64,000 nucleotides of DNA from an uncultured archaeon. GTDB taxonomy: Archaea; Asgardarchaeota; Lokiarchaeia; Sigyniarchaeales; SOKP01. Location of the stretch: NCBI GenBank assembly GCA_964508365.1, contig CAZDTP010000002.1, forward strand, positions 1-64,000, read 5' to 3'. Numbering within the stretch: position 1 is the first letter of the stretch; each line of letters opens with the position of its first letter. The position numbers and the translations under genes were made by a program. Below the pieces are notes generated by a model. The model saw only the letters and a program-made list of their open reading frames with translations. It made no database searches and had not been told where the DNA came from. Below, in pieces: positions 40,803 to 50,347 of this stretch.

Positions 40803-41618
40803 ATGAATGAAGATGGAAAGTTAAACGATAAAAACAAAACAATAGAAAGGATTTGGAAGATTAGAGATTATATTAAAGAACTCGAAGATATAAAAGATGG
40901 TATCTTACATTTTTTAAACTCCCGTAAGAAATTGGACGAGGTAACTAAAAATTTATGGATTTCAGATGTAAAAGATTTTTACTATAATACCATGTCCGCT
41001 TGGGAAATGCTAAATAGCGCTTCAAAAGGAAAATTAAAGTATTTAGAGAATTCTAAAAATTTTTTACACCTCGCAAGAGGTCGATTAGCTAAATCCATAA
41101 GCGAATTAAAATTCTATAAAGAAGAGATAGTATTTAATCTTATAAAAGAAGTTGAAATTAGTTTTGAGAAATGCTGGAACGCTTTTCATTTTGAATTCGA
41201 AAGATTAAAACCAAATAAGAAAATAATTAAGCCTATCCCTAGAATTATTAAGGTATCTAATTCAGAATATCATCTGCCTTGTTCAGTCTGCGGTAGAATT
41301 TCCGTCGAATATAAAATAGGTTTTGGTCGGTTCGATGAAATTGAATCGCTTGTTTACAGTGGCATTACGCATAGTAGATCATTAAGAAAGGATCTTGCGA
41401 ACGAGCTGTTTGGAATTCTGAAAAAAGAAAATTTTCTAGGAGTTCATCAATTCATGCAAAAGCATCACTCTTTCGAAGGATTGGATGCCTATTGTCCTCA
41501 GTGTGATAAAATATATTGTTGGGAGCATTATAGCGCAAGAGAAGAATATGACGACGGTTTCTACGATTGTACTTACGGTGAATGCCCAAATGGACATCGA
41601 AGGATGATTGATGATTAA
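40803..41618 (+). CDS. Hypothetical protein: helical N-terminus plus C-terminal Cys/His Zn-binding domain
   Basis: CSVC...CPQC-x4-C-x2-H...CPNGH. Confidence 0.78.
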   Translation: MNEDGKLNDKNKTIERIWKIRDYIKELEDIKDGILHFLNSRKKLDEVTKNLWISDVKDFYYNTMSAWEMLNSASKGKLKYLENSKNFLHLARGRLAKSISELKFYKEEIVFNLIKEVEISFEKCWNAFHFEFERLKPNKKIIKPIPRIIKVSNSEYHLPCSVCGRISVEYKIGFGRFDEIESLVYSGITHSRSLRKDLANELFGILKKENFLGVHQFMQKHHSFEGLDAYCPQCDKIYCWEHYSAREEYDDGFYDCTYGECPNGHRRMIDD

Positions 41619-41718
41619 AATAATCTTCTTTTACCCTTTTTTGATAATTCATAAAATAAAGATTTAAATCTATTATCTTGATTTTGAGGTTAGGGATAAT
41701 TGAAAATTAGGAATACTT

Positions 41719-42209
41719 TTGATACAGAATATATTTATCTTTAAATCAGGAGTCGTATTAGTAAACCATAATTTTGGCCAATGTCATACCTAGGGTAGGG
41801 ATATTAATTTGGTTTCAAGTTATCTTTACGCATTTCAACAACTATCGGTAGAAATAACTGGTACTTCTATAAAATCTCTGAACTTTGAAAAAATTGCCTT
41901 CCACTTTTATAAGGATCCCTACGACTCTAATGTGTTCTATGTTATTGTAACTGATGTTGACGACGATCTAGAAGAGATAAATTTTAAAATTCATCTAATT
42001 GCTGAAATTTTTGATCAAAACTATAAAGAAAACCTGCAGGAATTCCACGGAAATGTCGGTACTTTTAGAAATTTTGGAGATATCCTAATTAGTATGGCCT
42101 TAGCAGAAAAAGGATTGTGGAGGGGGGATTAGAGTGCGAAAACTATGCTCACAACGAAGTTTTTAGCGAAATTGGTAAAATGATTGAAGTTAAGGAGAGA
42201 AAACTTTAA
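41719..42209 (+). pseudogene. Disrupted longin-like domain gene
   Basis: TTG at 41719, in-frame TAG at 41791, frame continues into ORF 41809..42132; a probable shifted tail (CGGGLEC...KERKL) ends at 42209. Confidence 0.6.
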
Positions 42210-42331
42210 ATATGGATCGTCCAATATATTTAAATCAATCAAGTATAATTTAATCCAATATAAAAAAAAGAAATTAAACTCAAGATATTGAAACAAAATA
42301 TACTGTTATATCGAATTATTTTAAAAAGAGG

Positions 42332-42538
42332 TTGAATAGTATGAATGTACTAAGATTAATTGCATCTATAATTTTGACGAGCATTAGTTTTTTTATAGTA
42401 TTTCTAGGTGTGTTTCTTGGAATTAGTATGGGGTATGCATTTACAACACCAATAATGGGGATTGTTCTGGGCCTTTTGTGCCTTAGTTTGGGAACGGTAG
42501 GAATCCTATTCATGATAGATGCAATCAAAGAGAATTAA
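42332..42538 (+). CDS. Small two-TM membrane protein
   Basis: 68 aa, two hydrophobic segments. Confidence 0.55.
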   Translation: MNSMNVLRLIASIILTSISFFIVFLGVFLGISMGYAFTTPIMGIVLGLLCLSLGTVGILFMIDAIKEN

Positions 42539-42861
42539 TAGTAAGAAGCGCTTACGATGATATAGAGTGTTAGTAAAAAGATCTTATCTGAAACGAAATA
42601 ATAACTAAAACTTTTTTTCCTTCTTATTTTATTGAGGGGAGATTGAAGCAACTCATCATTTTTCCTTTAAATTCGGAATTTTTAATTCTATCAGAATTAA
42701 ATATTATTAATAATTCTTAGAAAAAAAAATCTTAAATACTAATAGATTTAATCTTAAAATTCAAATAAATGAAATTAGAATTTAAACTAAAAATATAACA
42801 AAAACAAAAAAAAGAAAATAAAGAAATTTTAATAGTTTTGAGCTTTCTGGAAATCGCTGAT

Positions 42862-43068
42862 TTAGATTAAATTAATAGCGATTTTCATATCAGCTTGAGT
42901 TACTTTCTTACGACCAGAGTGTTTAGCGATATCTAAAGCACAGCCAGTTAAAGTTTTGGCATATTCTTCTAAATAATCCATTAACTTATCTACTGCGGCT
43001 CTACTTACGATTTCTGCTCCAGCCTTTTTCATTAAAGCCCGTAAAGGACTCCATGCAAATGCAGCCAT
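42862..43068 (-). CDS. Archaeal histone (HMf-like)
   Basis: Histone fold: P.RALMKKAGAEIVS..AV...AKHSGRKKV...DM. Confidence 0.93.
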   Translation of the reverse strand: MAAFAWSPLRALMKKAGAEIVSRAAVDKLMDYLEEYAKTLTGCALDIAKHSGRKKVTQADMKIAINLI

Positions 43069-43077
43069 TTTTTTATT

Positions 43078-43082
43078 CCTCC
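43078..43082 (-). promoter_or_regulatory. Shine-Dalgarno GGAGG of the histone gene
   Basis: Reverse complement GGAGG 9 nt upstream of the ATG at 43068. Confidence 0.7.
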
Positions 43083-43854
43083 ACTAATTCTAAAATTTTT
43101 AAAATTTTGTTTTAAATTTATATTGGTAATTATATTTAAATTGGAATTTCTTATATTTAAATGTGTTGGTTGATCATAGATTATTCGATTAATTATATCT
43201 CCCAATTCTGGTCGACAAAAAAAAATCTTATTGATAAAAAATAATTTTTTTACTAGCAATATCAGATCACTAGATCTGATCAAATATTGAGTTCAGATGA
43301 TACGGTTGATCAGTTAATCAATATTAATATAAGACTGTTTGGTAAAATAATTTAACCAATGAATTAATAATCATTATGTAAATAAGATTCTATCATATCG
43401 AAATTTCTTTTTCTTGACTTTTCCTCATTTAAAGGGAATCTATTCAATTTTCCCAATAAATTGGGTCATTTAAAAGAATAGATTCAAGAACTGAAGTTCA
43501 TATTCCTCTTATCAGTTACGTTTTTTAGAAATTATTCCTAATTTAAAAAAAAAATCTCAAGAGGTAAGGTTTATAAAAAAAAGGTATTCTAATAATATCC
43601 AACGTAGAAATTATGAGTGGAATTTCCAAACTCATGATGTAGTTATTCACGATGTCACTTCTAATGAGTGTGTAAAGAAAATGCATTACAAAATACTTGA
43701 AACGCTCGTACTTAAGGATGGTTTTAATGGACCTTCTATTATTTAAAATTTAAAAGAAAAAAATCTACGTGTAATAAATTCCAATCAGTACAAAATGTTT
43801 CTAATCTTAACATTATTTAATTTTGGCGAAACTGATTTAAATTGTTTTGAATGA

Positions 43855-44781
43855 CTAATTTTGGAAGGATTTATTGATCTTTCCCCTCTCTACTTGTCCA
43901 AGTTTAGTTTGGCGTCTGTAGAGTAAAAAAGAGCTACTAATAATGAAAATTAATCCAATTATCAAATAGAATACTGAAAGAATATTTGGGGGCATCGATA
44001 TAAATATAATAAAAAAAGCTATTACTGGTATTACCTGAATCGGAACGCTCGTTAAAGGTACTAAAATATTAGCTTGGCCATATTTAAGCGAAATTTGTCC
44101 TATAGTAATTCCAATTGTAACAATCAGGAGAAGGATTATACCAATTATAATTCCAAAAATAATTTCATGTTCTATTATAATTCCATCAACTACATGAGTT
44201 ACAACTGTAGTTCCAGGACTCGCCCAAACCGTATTCAGAGAGAGAATTAACCCCGCTTCGATTGCCATTATTAAGCCTTTAGACTTCTCGTGTTTTCTAC
44301 GTAATATTTCAAAAAGAAATGCTAAAGAAAGAATAACAATCGTAAACACAATTATTCTTAAAATAAAACCAGAATCAAGGATATTGAATGTAAAAACATC
44401 AATTGATAAATTACTTAGACCAAGTAAAGTAACCCCAACAATCATTAACAAGATACCAAAAATTTCTTCTTTCCCTAATTTTTCTCTTAAAATTTTAACG
44501 GAACCCATAGCAAGAATTATTAATCCTACAGACATTAGACCTGGAACAAGGGCAGGTCCTATAAAAATAATTGCTATAAAGTAAAAAACAAGTCCACCAA
44601 TAACAATTTGCAATAGAAGCCCCATGAACCATAATGGGCTTTTAACAAGACTTCTGATAAATTTTGGGTCATTGGAGTGTTTATTAATAACAGACTTTTG
44701 AATAAGAGCTCCGATATATACTACAATCCCCGCTAAGAGTGCGAAAATAATTCCGATAAAATAAGTTACATCAGACGTATT
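43855..44781 (-). CDS. DMT-superfamily (NIPA/EamA-like) membrane transporter; reading frame extends 52 codons beyond the ORF-track start
   Basis: About 9 TM segments; the upstream frame encodes YFIGIIFALLAGIVVYIGALIQK, with no canonical start in frame. Confidence 0.75.
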   Translation of the reverse strand, partial: NTSDVTYFIGIIFALLAGIVVYIGALIQKSVINKHSNDPKFIRSLVKSPLWFMGLLLQIVIGGLVFYFIAIIFIGPALVPGLMSVGLIILAMGSVKILREKLGKEEIFGILLMIVGVTLLGLSNLSIDVFTFNILDSGFILRIIVFTIVILSLAFLFEILRRKHEKSKGLIMAIEAGLILSLNTVWASPGTTVVTHVVDGIIIEHEIIFGIIIGIILLLIVTIGITIGQISLKYGQANILVPLTSVPIQVIPVIAFFIIFISMPPNILSVFYLIIGLIFIISSSFLLYRRQTKLGQVERGKINKSFQN

Positions 44782-44876
44782 TTATTTTCACTTTATTGGA
44801 TTGAATAATTAAAATATTTTATTTTCTATTCTTAATTATTTTTTCTATATTTTTTTAAAATAATCGATTTTTAAAG

Positions 44877-46853
44877 ATGACTTATAACATGAATAAACGT
44901 CCTTTTAACAAGCTCAAACCAATCTCGTTTGAAAATGTTAACATTAACGATGAATTTTGGTCAAGAAGACAACAGATCAATAGAGAATTATCAATTCACC
45001 ATCAGCATCAAATGTTAGAAGCAGATTCTCACATAGATAATTTTAGAGTTGCTTCAGGAATTAAAAAGGGAGTTCAGATCGGTGAGTTTTACTTTGATTC
45101 CGATTTATATAAATGGCTCGAAGCAGCTAGCAATATCTTACTCACACACAATGACGCTGATTTAGAAAAAAAAGTTAATGAGATCGTTGATTTAATTAAA
45201 AATTCTCAGACTCAAGATGGATATGTTAATACTTTTTATTCTACTAGGTTTTTACATAAAAGATTTACGAATATTTATCTTATGCATGAATTATATTGCG
45301 CGGGTCATCTTATCCAAGCTGCAATTGCCCATCAAAATGCAAGTGGAAGCAAAGACTTAATAAAAGTAGCCATTAAATTCGCTGATTTACTTGTAAGACT
45401 ATTTTTAGACGGAAAAAGAAAAGGTGTCCCTGGTCATGAAGAAATCGAAATGGCTTTAATCGAGTTATATAGAATAACAGAAAATTCAAAATACTTGAGT
45501 TTAGCTGAAGAGTTTATCAATCGAAGGGGAAACATTTCTAATTTTAAAACTTATGTTATAAATCAATATTTAGACATGATTTCTACCATTAATTCAGCAG
45601 AGAAAAAGAATCAAGAGTATCAGAAAGCAATGAAATCAACGCTTTCTATCACCGTGAAAGAAAGTGAGGTAGCTGAATGGGTTTCGAAACTTACTCTAAA
45701 AGGTCAATTAATACTCTTCAAAGAAAACTTGAACGGGAACTATATTCAATCAAATATTCCAGTAAGAGAAATTTTCGAACCAGTTGGGCACGCTGTTAGG
45801 GCAATGTATTTATTTTGTGGAATTGCCGATCTTTATTCTGAAATAGGAGACAAAACATTATTAAAAGCCCTTCGTAGAGTATGGTTGAAAATGGTTAAAG
45901 CCAGAATGTATATTACTGGTGGAATTGGATCTGAAAGAGGCACAGAAGGTTTTAAAAAAGATTTTGCTTTAAAAAATGAAGATTCTTATTCTGAAACTTG
46001 TGCTGCTATCGGGAACATGATGTGGAATCTAAGAATGCTCCAAATAACAAACAACTGCAAGTATGCAGATTTAATAGAGTTAATAATATATAACGCGATG
46101 TTGGTTGGACAATCAACTAATGGTATTAAATACACATACGACAATCCTTTAGTTTCACATGGTAAAGATATAAGATTTGAATGGTTTCGTTGTGCGTGTT
46201 GTCCTCCTAATGTTGCTCGAACTATTAGTTCTATAGGTAAATATATTTATAGCACATCAGAGAAAGGTATCTGGATTCATCAATATATTGGGAATAATGC
46301 TAATATTGACTTCGGTTCAAACACGATTAAAGTAAGTCAAAAAACTGGATTTCCATGGATGGGTGATGTAAATATTAAACTTAATTTAAGTAAGAGTCAA
46401 AAATTCTCGATATTCCTTAGAATTCCGAGGTGGAGTATCGAAACCGAGCTAAAAATTAATGGTGAACGATATTATAATAACTTATCTAGCGGGAAATATG
46501 TGGAAATTATAAGAAACTGGTTAGATAACGATAATTTGGACATAACTTTCAAAATGAGAGCAAAATTTGTCGAAAGTGACCAAAGAATCAAGAACAATAG
46601 GGGTAGAGTAGTGATATCTAATGGCCCCTTAATTTACTGCTTAGAACAAAATGACAATAAGAATTTCGATATATTTACGGCAATTATTAAAAAGGATCAG
46701 GATTTAAGTGTTATGTTCGAAACAGATTTGTTAGGAGGTGTCAATATCATTACTGGGACAACTAACGATGGCAGTAAATTTACTGCAATTCCGTATTTTG
46801 CATGGAATAATAGAGGGGCAGATAATATGCAAGTTTGGTGTCTAGCAAGTTGA
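44877..46853 (+). CDS. Glycoside hydrolase family 127 (beta-L-arabinofuranosidase-like)
   Basis: HELYCAGH, GHEEIEMAL, GHAVRAMYL, TGGIGS, ETCAAIG, CACCPPN. Confidence 0.93.
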   Translation: MTYNMNKRPFNKLKPISFENVNINDEFWSRRQQINRELSIHHQHQMLEADSHIDNFRVASGIKKGVQIGEFYFDSDLYKWLEAASNILLTHNDADLEKKVNEIVDLIKNSQTQDGYVNTFYSTRFLHKRFTNIYLMHELYCAGHLIQAAIAHQNASGSKDLIKVAIKFADLLVRLFLDGKRKGVPGHEEIEMALIELYRITENSKYLSLAEEFINRRGNISNFKTYVINQYLDMISTINSAEKKNQEYQKAMKSTLSITVKESEVAEWVSKLTLKGQLILFKENLNGNYIQSNIPVREIFEPVGHAVRAMYLFCGIADLYSEIGDKTLLKALRRVWLKMVKARMYITGGIGSERGTEGFKKDFALKNEDSYSETCAAIGNMMWNLRMLQITNNCKYADLIELIIYNAMLVGQSTNGIKYTYDNPLVSHGKDIRFEWFRCACCPPNVARTISSIGKYIYSTSEKGIWIHQYIGNNANIDFGSNTIKVSQKTGFPWMGDVNIKLNLSKSQKFSIFLRIPRWSIETELKINGERYYNNLSSGKYVEIIRNWLDNDNLDITFKMRAKFVESDQRIKNNRGRVVISNGPLIYCLEQNDNKNFDIFTAIIKKDQDLSVMFETDLLGGVNIITGTTNDGSKFTAIPYFAWNNRGADNMQVWCLAS

Positions 46854-46913
46854 TTAGTCTAAATTCATCTCTTCAAGAAAAAAAAATAACAATTTTATAA
46901 AAAATTCAGTTTA

Positions 46914-47441
46914 TTAATTAGGTTTATATCTTTCAAAAAGAGTTTCAGTTATAACATCAAATGACCTCTCAACATTTTCACCCGTTTTAGAAGATAATTC
47001 TATAAATGAAGATAAATTATATTTTTTAGCAGCTAAAATCCCTTCCTCCCTTGTAACAGCTCGGAATTCCTTTAAATCCACTTTAGAACCAATTAACATA
47101 ATTGGAATATCTCCAGCATGTTCTCGTATGATTTGAGTCCAATCAGGTAAATGGTCTAAAGACAAGCGATTAGTAATGTCATATAAGAAGAAGGCAGCGT
47201 TTGCTCCTTTGCAATATTGATGTAGGAGAAATCTAAATCTTTCTTCCCCGCCAAAATCCCAAATTTGCAATTTTACTTTTTTCTTATTAAAATTAGTTGT
47301 TTTTGAATAAAAATCTACTCCAATGGTTAATTTAAGGTCATCTAGGAAGAAACCAGAGATATATCTAATAGTAAGAGATGTTTTCCCAACAGCCGCGTCC
47401 CCTAGCATCATTATTTTCCAAGTAAAATCGTAGCTTGCCAA
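46914..47441 (-). CDS. Rab-like small GTPase
   Basis: GDAAVGKT, LTIGVDF, WDFGGEERF, GSKVD, LSSKTG. Confidence 0.93.
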   Translation of the reverse strand: MASYDFTWKIMMLGDAAVGKTSLTIRYISGFFLDDLKLTIGVDFYSKTTNFNKKKVKLQIWDFGGEERFRFLLHQYCKGANAAFFLYDITNRLSLDHLPDWTQIIREHAGDIPIMLIGSKVDLKEFRAVTREEGILAAKKYNLSSFIELSSKTGENVERSFDVITETLFERYKPN

Positions 47442-47609
47442 ATTTCTTAACCCATATTTATAAATGGTTATTAATATTTTTCTGAACTCAAATATTTAAT
47501 ATTGATAGGTTTGACCTAATTATATTTATCTTTCTAAGATTTTTTAAATGTTTGTTTTTATTTATTTTTCAATACTTTTAAACCTTTTAGCGCAATGAAC
47601 CTCTTCTAC

Positions 47610-48263
47610 TCAAAATATTAGAAGTAAAATATTTAAACTGGAATGAGCGATAGAGCTTGGGAGTAGAGAGCCTTTAAATGCGACGAAAACTAATGATAAC
47701 AGAATACCAAAAGTGAAATAATAACCAAAAAAAGTTATGATTGTAGTTAAAGGTACGAGGAAAGGAGGAACGTGATATATTGCGAACAAAAATGAAGAAA
47801 GAATGATAGAGTAGATTAACTTTACTTTATATTTGCTTTTGTTGATGACAAATCCTCTAAAAAACGCCTCTTCACAGGGACCAATAATGATGATCTGAAT
47901 TGTTATAAGAAGTGATAATTGAAGAAAATTAGGATTTATCGGTTGGGTAGAAATCGCGTTACCTATACCATCTTCAATAAATTGTGCTCCAAAAAGATTT
48001 TGAATTATAAATCTCATATAAAAAGTCATTAATAAATCACTAATGAAGAAGAAAAAGATTCCGATTAATGTCCCAGTAAAAATTTTTAATATTATATTTT
48101 TAATTTTTGGACTTTTTACATAAAAACCAAGTTCTTTAACTTCTACTATGAAAGGGATTTTTTCTATTTTTGCGGCAATTAATGAAGGAAAAAGAATGAA
48201 TAAAATTTCAGCAAACGAGATTAAGAACAATATATTCGGATCTGTTCCTAAATTAATTGCCAT
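47610..48263 (-). CDS. CPBP (Abi/Rce1-like) intramembrane metalloprotease, motifs intact
   Basis: EEAFFRG, FAIYH, HSSLN. Confidence 0.9.
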   Translation of the reverse strand: MAINLGTDPNILFLISFAEILFILFPSLIAAKIEKIPFIVEVKELGFYVKSPKIKNIILKIFTGTLIGIFFFFISDLLMTFYMRFIIQNLFGAQFIEDGIGNAISTQPINPNFLQLSLLITIQIIIIGPCEEAFFRGFVINKSKYKVKLIYSIILSSFLFAIYHVPPFLVPLTTIITFFGYYFTFGILLSLVFVAFKGSLLPSSIAHSSLNILLLIF

Positions 48264-48354
48264 TTTTAAAGTGATTATCTACTAATTCTAATCATAAAAA
48301 TTATTAATTTTAATCTCTCTTCATTTATTTAATTACCTCTCTTCATTTTAAATC

Positions 48355-49638
48355 TTGATGACAGTTAGAAATAATGCATTAAATCAGAGGAATATAGACT
48401 TTAATTCTAATTCTTTTGACTCAACTAGCTCTGTTGACTTCGGTTTTACCAAAGAACATATTTTGCTAATAAATTTAAAAAATATTGCCCAAGAATATAT
48501 TGAAATCGAACGAATAAAGAAAAAATTTGTAGAAATACTATTAACTAATCTTGAAAATCTGAATTTTGAAGAATTGTTGAAATATCCAAGTTATGATATT
48601 AAAGAAGATTTTATTAGAAAACCAATTTCGGCATCTAACATAAGAGGACTAAATGTAATAAGTGTCGATGGGAGCTCTGTTGTAAAAAAATTCATGAATG
48701 TAGATTTTTCTTTCTTAAAAGCTATTGCTGTGAAGTACTATTTTTATGAAAATCAATCATCTCGAATAGAATACTTTCCTGATTTAACAGGGTTTAATAA
48801 TTATAATGTCCAAGGAAATTATTTGAATAGGGAGGAAAATGCAGTAGAAGCCAAAATTTCAATGGAAATGACTTTTATGGAAATTAATCTTTTAAATAAA
48901 TTAATTGAAAAGAAGAGCGAAGTTGACATAATTATTTTAGATGGTTCAATCGTAATAATGCCCATCAATCTGATATTTACTAAGGATTCCGAAATTTCTA
49001 AGAGATATGATAAATTATTAAGGGAATATCAAAAACTTTATTCTAATTGCATTGAGAAGGGAATAATTTTGATCGGTTCGATAAAAGATACACGTACATC
49101 AGCATTAACTAATCTATTAAGAAGCACCATACAGATGTTAAAACCTAATGCTACGAATCTATCTGATTTCACAAAAATTAATTATCGTCAGATTTTAGAT
49201 TACTTTTCTGATTTGGATCTATACAATAGAGTATTGCGGAAAACAGAGAGAAGTTGCATTTTCAATTGTAAAAAAGAAGTAGATAAAATAAGGGATACGG
49301 GGATAAAAAAAGAAATCCCATACTATTTCCCTTTTAATTTTTATGCGTTCTACTTGAAAACTGCGGCTTATGATACTCCATGTAGAATTGAGTTTTTTAT
49401 GGATGAACTATGCAATTTAGAAGAAGCATCAGAAAAAGCTGATTTAATATCTTCAATTCTCCTACCGATCTCAAGCTTAAATGAATTTTATGGACTACCA
49501 ATACCTCAAATCGAAGCACATAAAAGAGCTGTATTCAAACCCCAAGAAATCGATCTATTGTTTAATAGTTTATCTAGAACATTGAATGTTCATGGAGTAT
49601 CTTTGTTAGAAAAACGTAGAACGAGGAGACCCTTTTAA
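48355..49638 (+). CDS. nurA: NurA-family 5'-3' nuclease
   Basis: SVDGS, MEI, ILDGS, IGSIKD, YGLP.PQIEAH. Confidence 0.85.
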   Translation: MMTVRNNALNQRNIDFNSNSFDSTSSVDFGFTKEHILLINLKNIAQEYIEIERIKKKFVEILLTNLENLNFEELLKYPSYDIKEDFIRKPISASNIRGLNVISVDGSSVVKKFMNVDFSFLKAIAVKYYFYENQSSRIEYFPDLTGFNNYNVQGNYLNREENAVEAKISMEMTFMEINLLNKLIEKKSEVDIIILDGSIVIMPINLIFTKDSEISKRYDKLLREYQKLYSNCIEKGIILIGSIKDTRTSALTNLLRSTIQMLKPNATNLSDFTKINYRQILDYFSDLDLYNRVLRKTERSCIFNCKKEVDKIRDTGIKKEIPYYFPFNFYAFYLKTAAYDTPCRIEFFMDELCNLEEASEKADLISSILLPISSLNEFYGLPIPQIEAHKRAVFKPQEIDLLFNSLSRTLNVHGVSLLEKRRTRRPF

Positions 49639-49645
49639 TAAAACT

Positions 49646-50338
49646 TTAAAGTCCTTCCAATCGGTTCAATATTATATCTTCAAAAAACATATGCTTTTTA
49701 TTTAAAATTCTATTCCGAAACCCTCGAATTTCCAACTCATCATTTAATTGACTTAAATCTGCTAAACTTGAACTAATATAATAAATATAATATTTTTGAT
49801 CTGAATTTAAAAAATTTTTCACTTGTCTTATAAATTCAAGGAATACATCAAAACCATGCTCTCCTCCATCCCAATTAGAATCACTACGCCTACGAATAAT
49901 ACCGTCTTCTTTATAGCTAATAGATGGTAAATAAGGGGGATTAAAAACAATAATATCGAACGAGCGTTGAAGACTCGGCGGAAATTTTCTAAATAAATCA
50001 GATTTGATAAAAGTAATGCTATCCTTGTAATTTTTTGTTCCCTCGTTTAATGTTGCACATCTGATAGCAGCATCTGATATATCCGATGCATATATTTTAG
50101 ATGTGAATTTCGATAAATATTTTTTAAATTCTTGAAGGAATAAAGCAATTATTCCAGTACCAGTTCCCATATCTAAAATCTTTCTAATTGACTTGATTGG
50201 TAAGCCATCAAAGAAATTTTCGTTAACTTTTTTTTTTAAATAATCAATAATTAAATAAGTATCATCGGAAGGAGGATATACATTTTTAAAAGTGTAAGGA
50301 ATAATTGGATCTGGAAAGAGATTAATATTTTTCACCAT
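49646..50338 (-). CDS. HemK2/N6AMT1-like methyltransferase
   Basis: VYPPSDDT, LDMGTGTG, NPPYLP, WDGG. Confidence 0.9.
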   Translation of the reverse strand: MVKNINLFPDPIIPYTFKNVYPPSDDTYLIIDYLKKKVNENFFDGLPIKSIRKILDMGTGTGIIALFLQEFKKYLSKFTSKIYASDISDAAIRCATLNEGTKNYKDSITFIKSDLFRKFPPSLQRSFDIIVFNPPYLPSISYKEDGIIRRRSDSNWDGGEHGFDVFLEFIRQVKNFLNSDQKYYIYYISSSLADLSQLNDELEIRGFRNRILNKKHMFFEDIILNRLEGL

Positions 50339-50347
50339 CTGAAGAGA

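Noticed and set aside
41791-41793. In-frame TAG in the longin-like gene as pyrrolysine recoding
   Set aside because: Further apparent indels occur in the same gene, there are no pyl genes in the window, and other genes use TAG as a normal stop; decay or error is simpler.
43070-43850. The large intergenic gap as a replication origin
   Set aside because: I recognise no ORB-like G-string repeats, and there is no orc1/cdc6 gene in the window; kept only as a regulatory candidate.
10955-46853. TGA stops (csl4, RNase III-like, GH127) as selenocysteine codons
   Set aside because: Each protein already appears full-length for its family, and the downstream frames do not continue with domain-like sequence.
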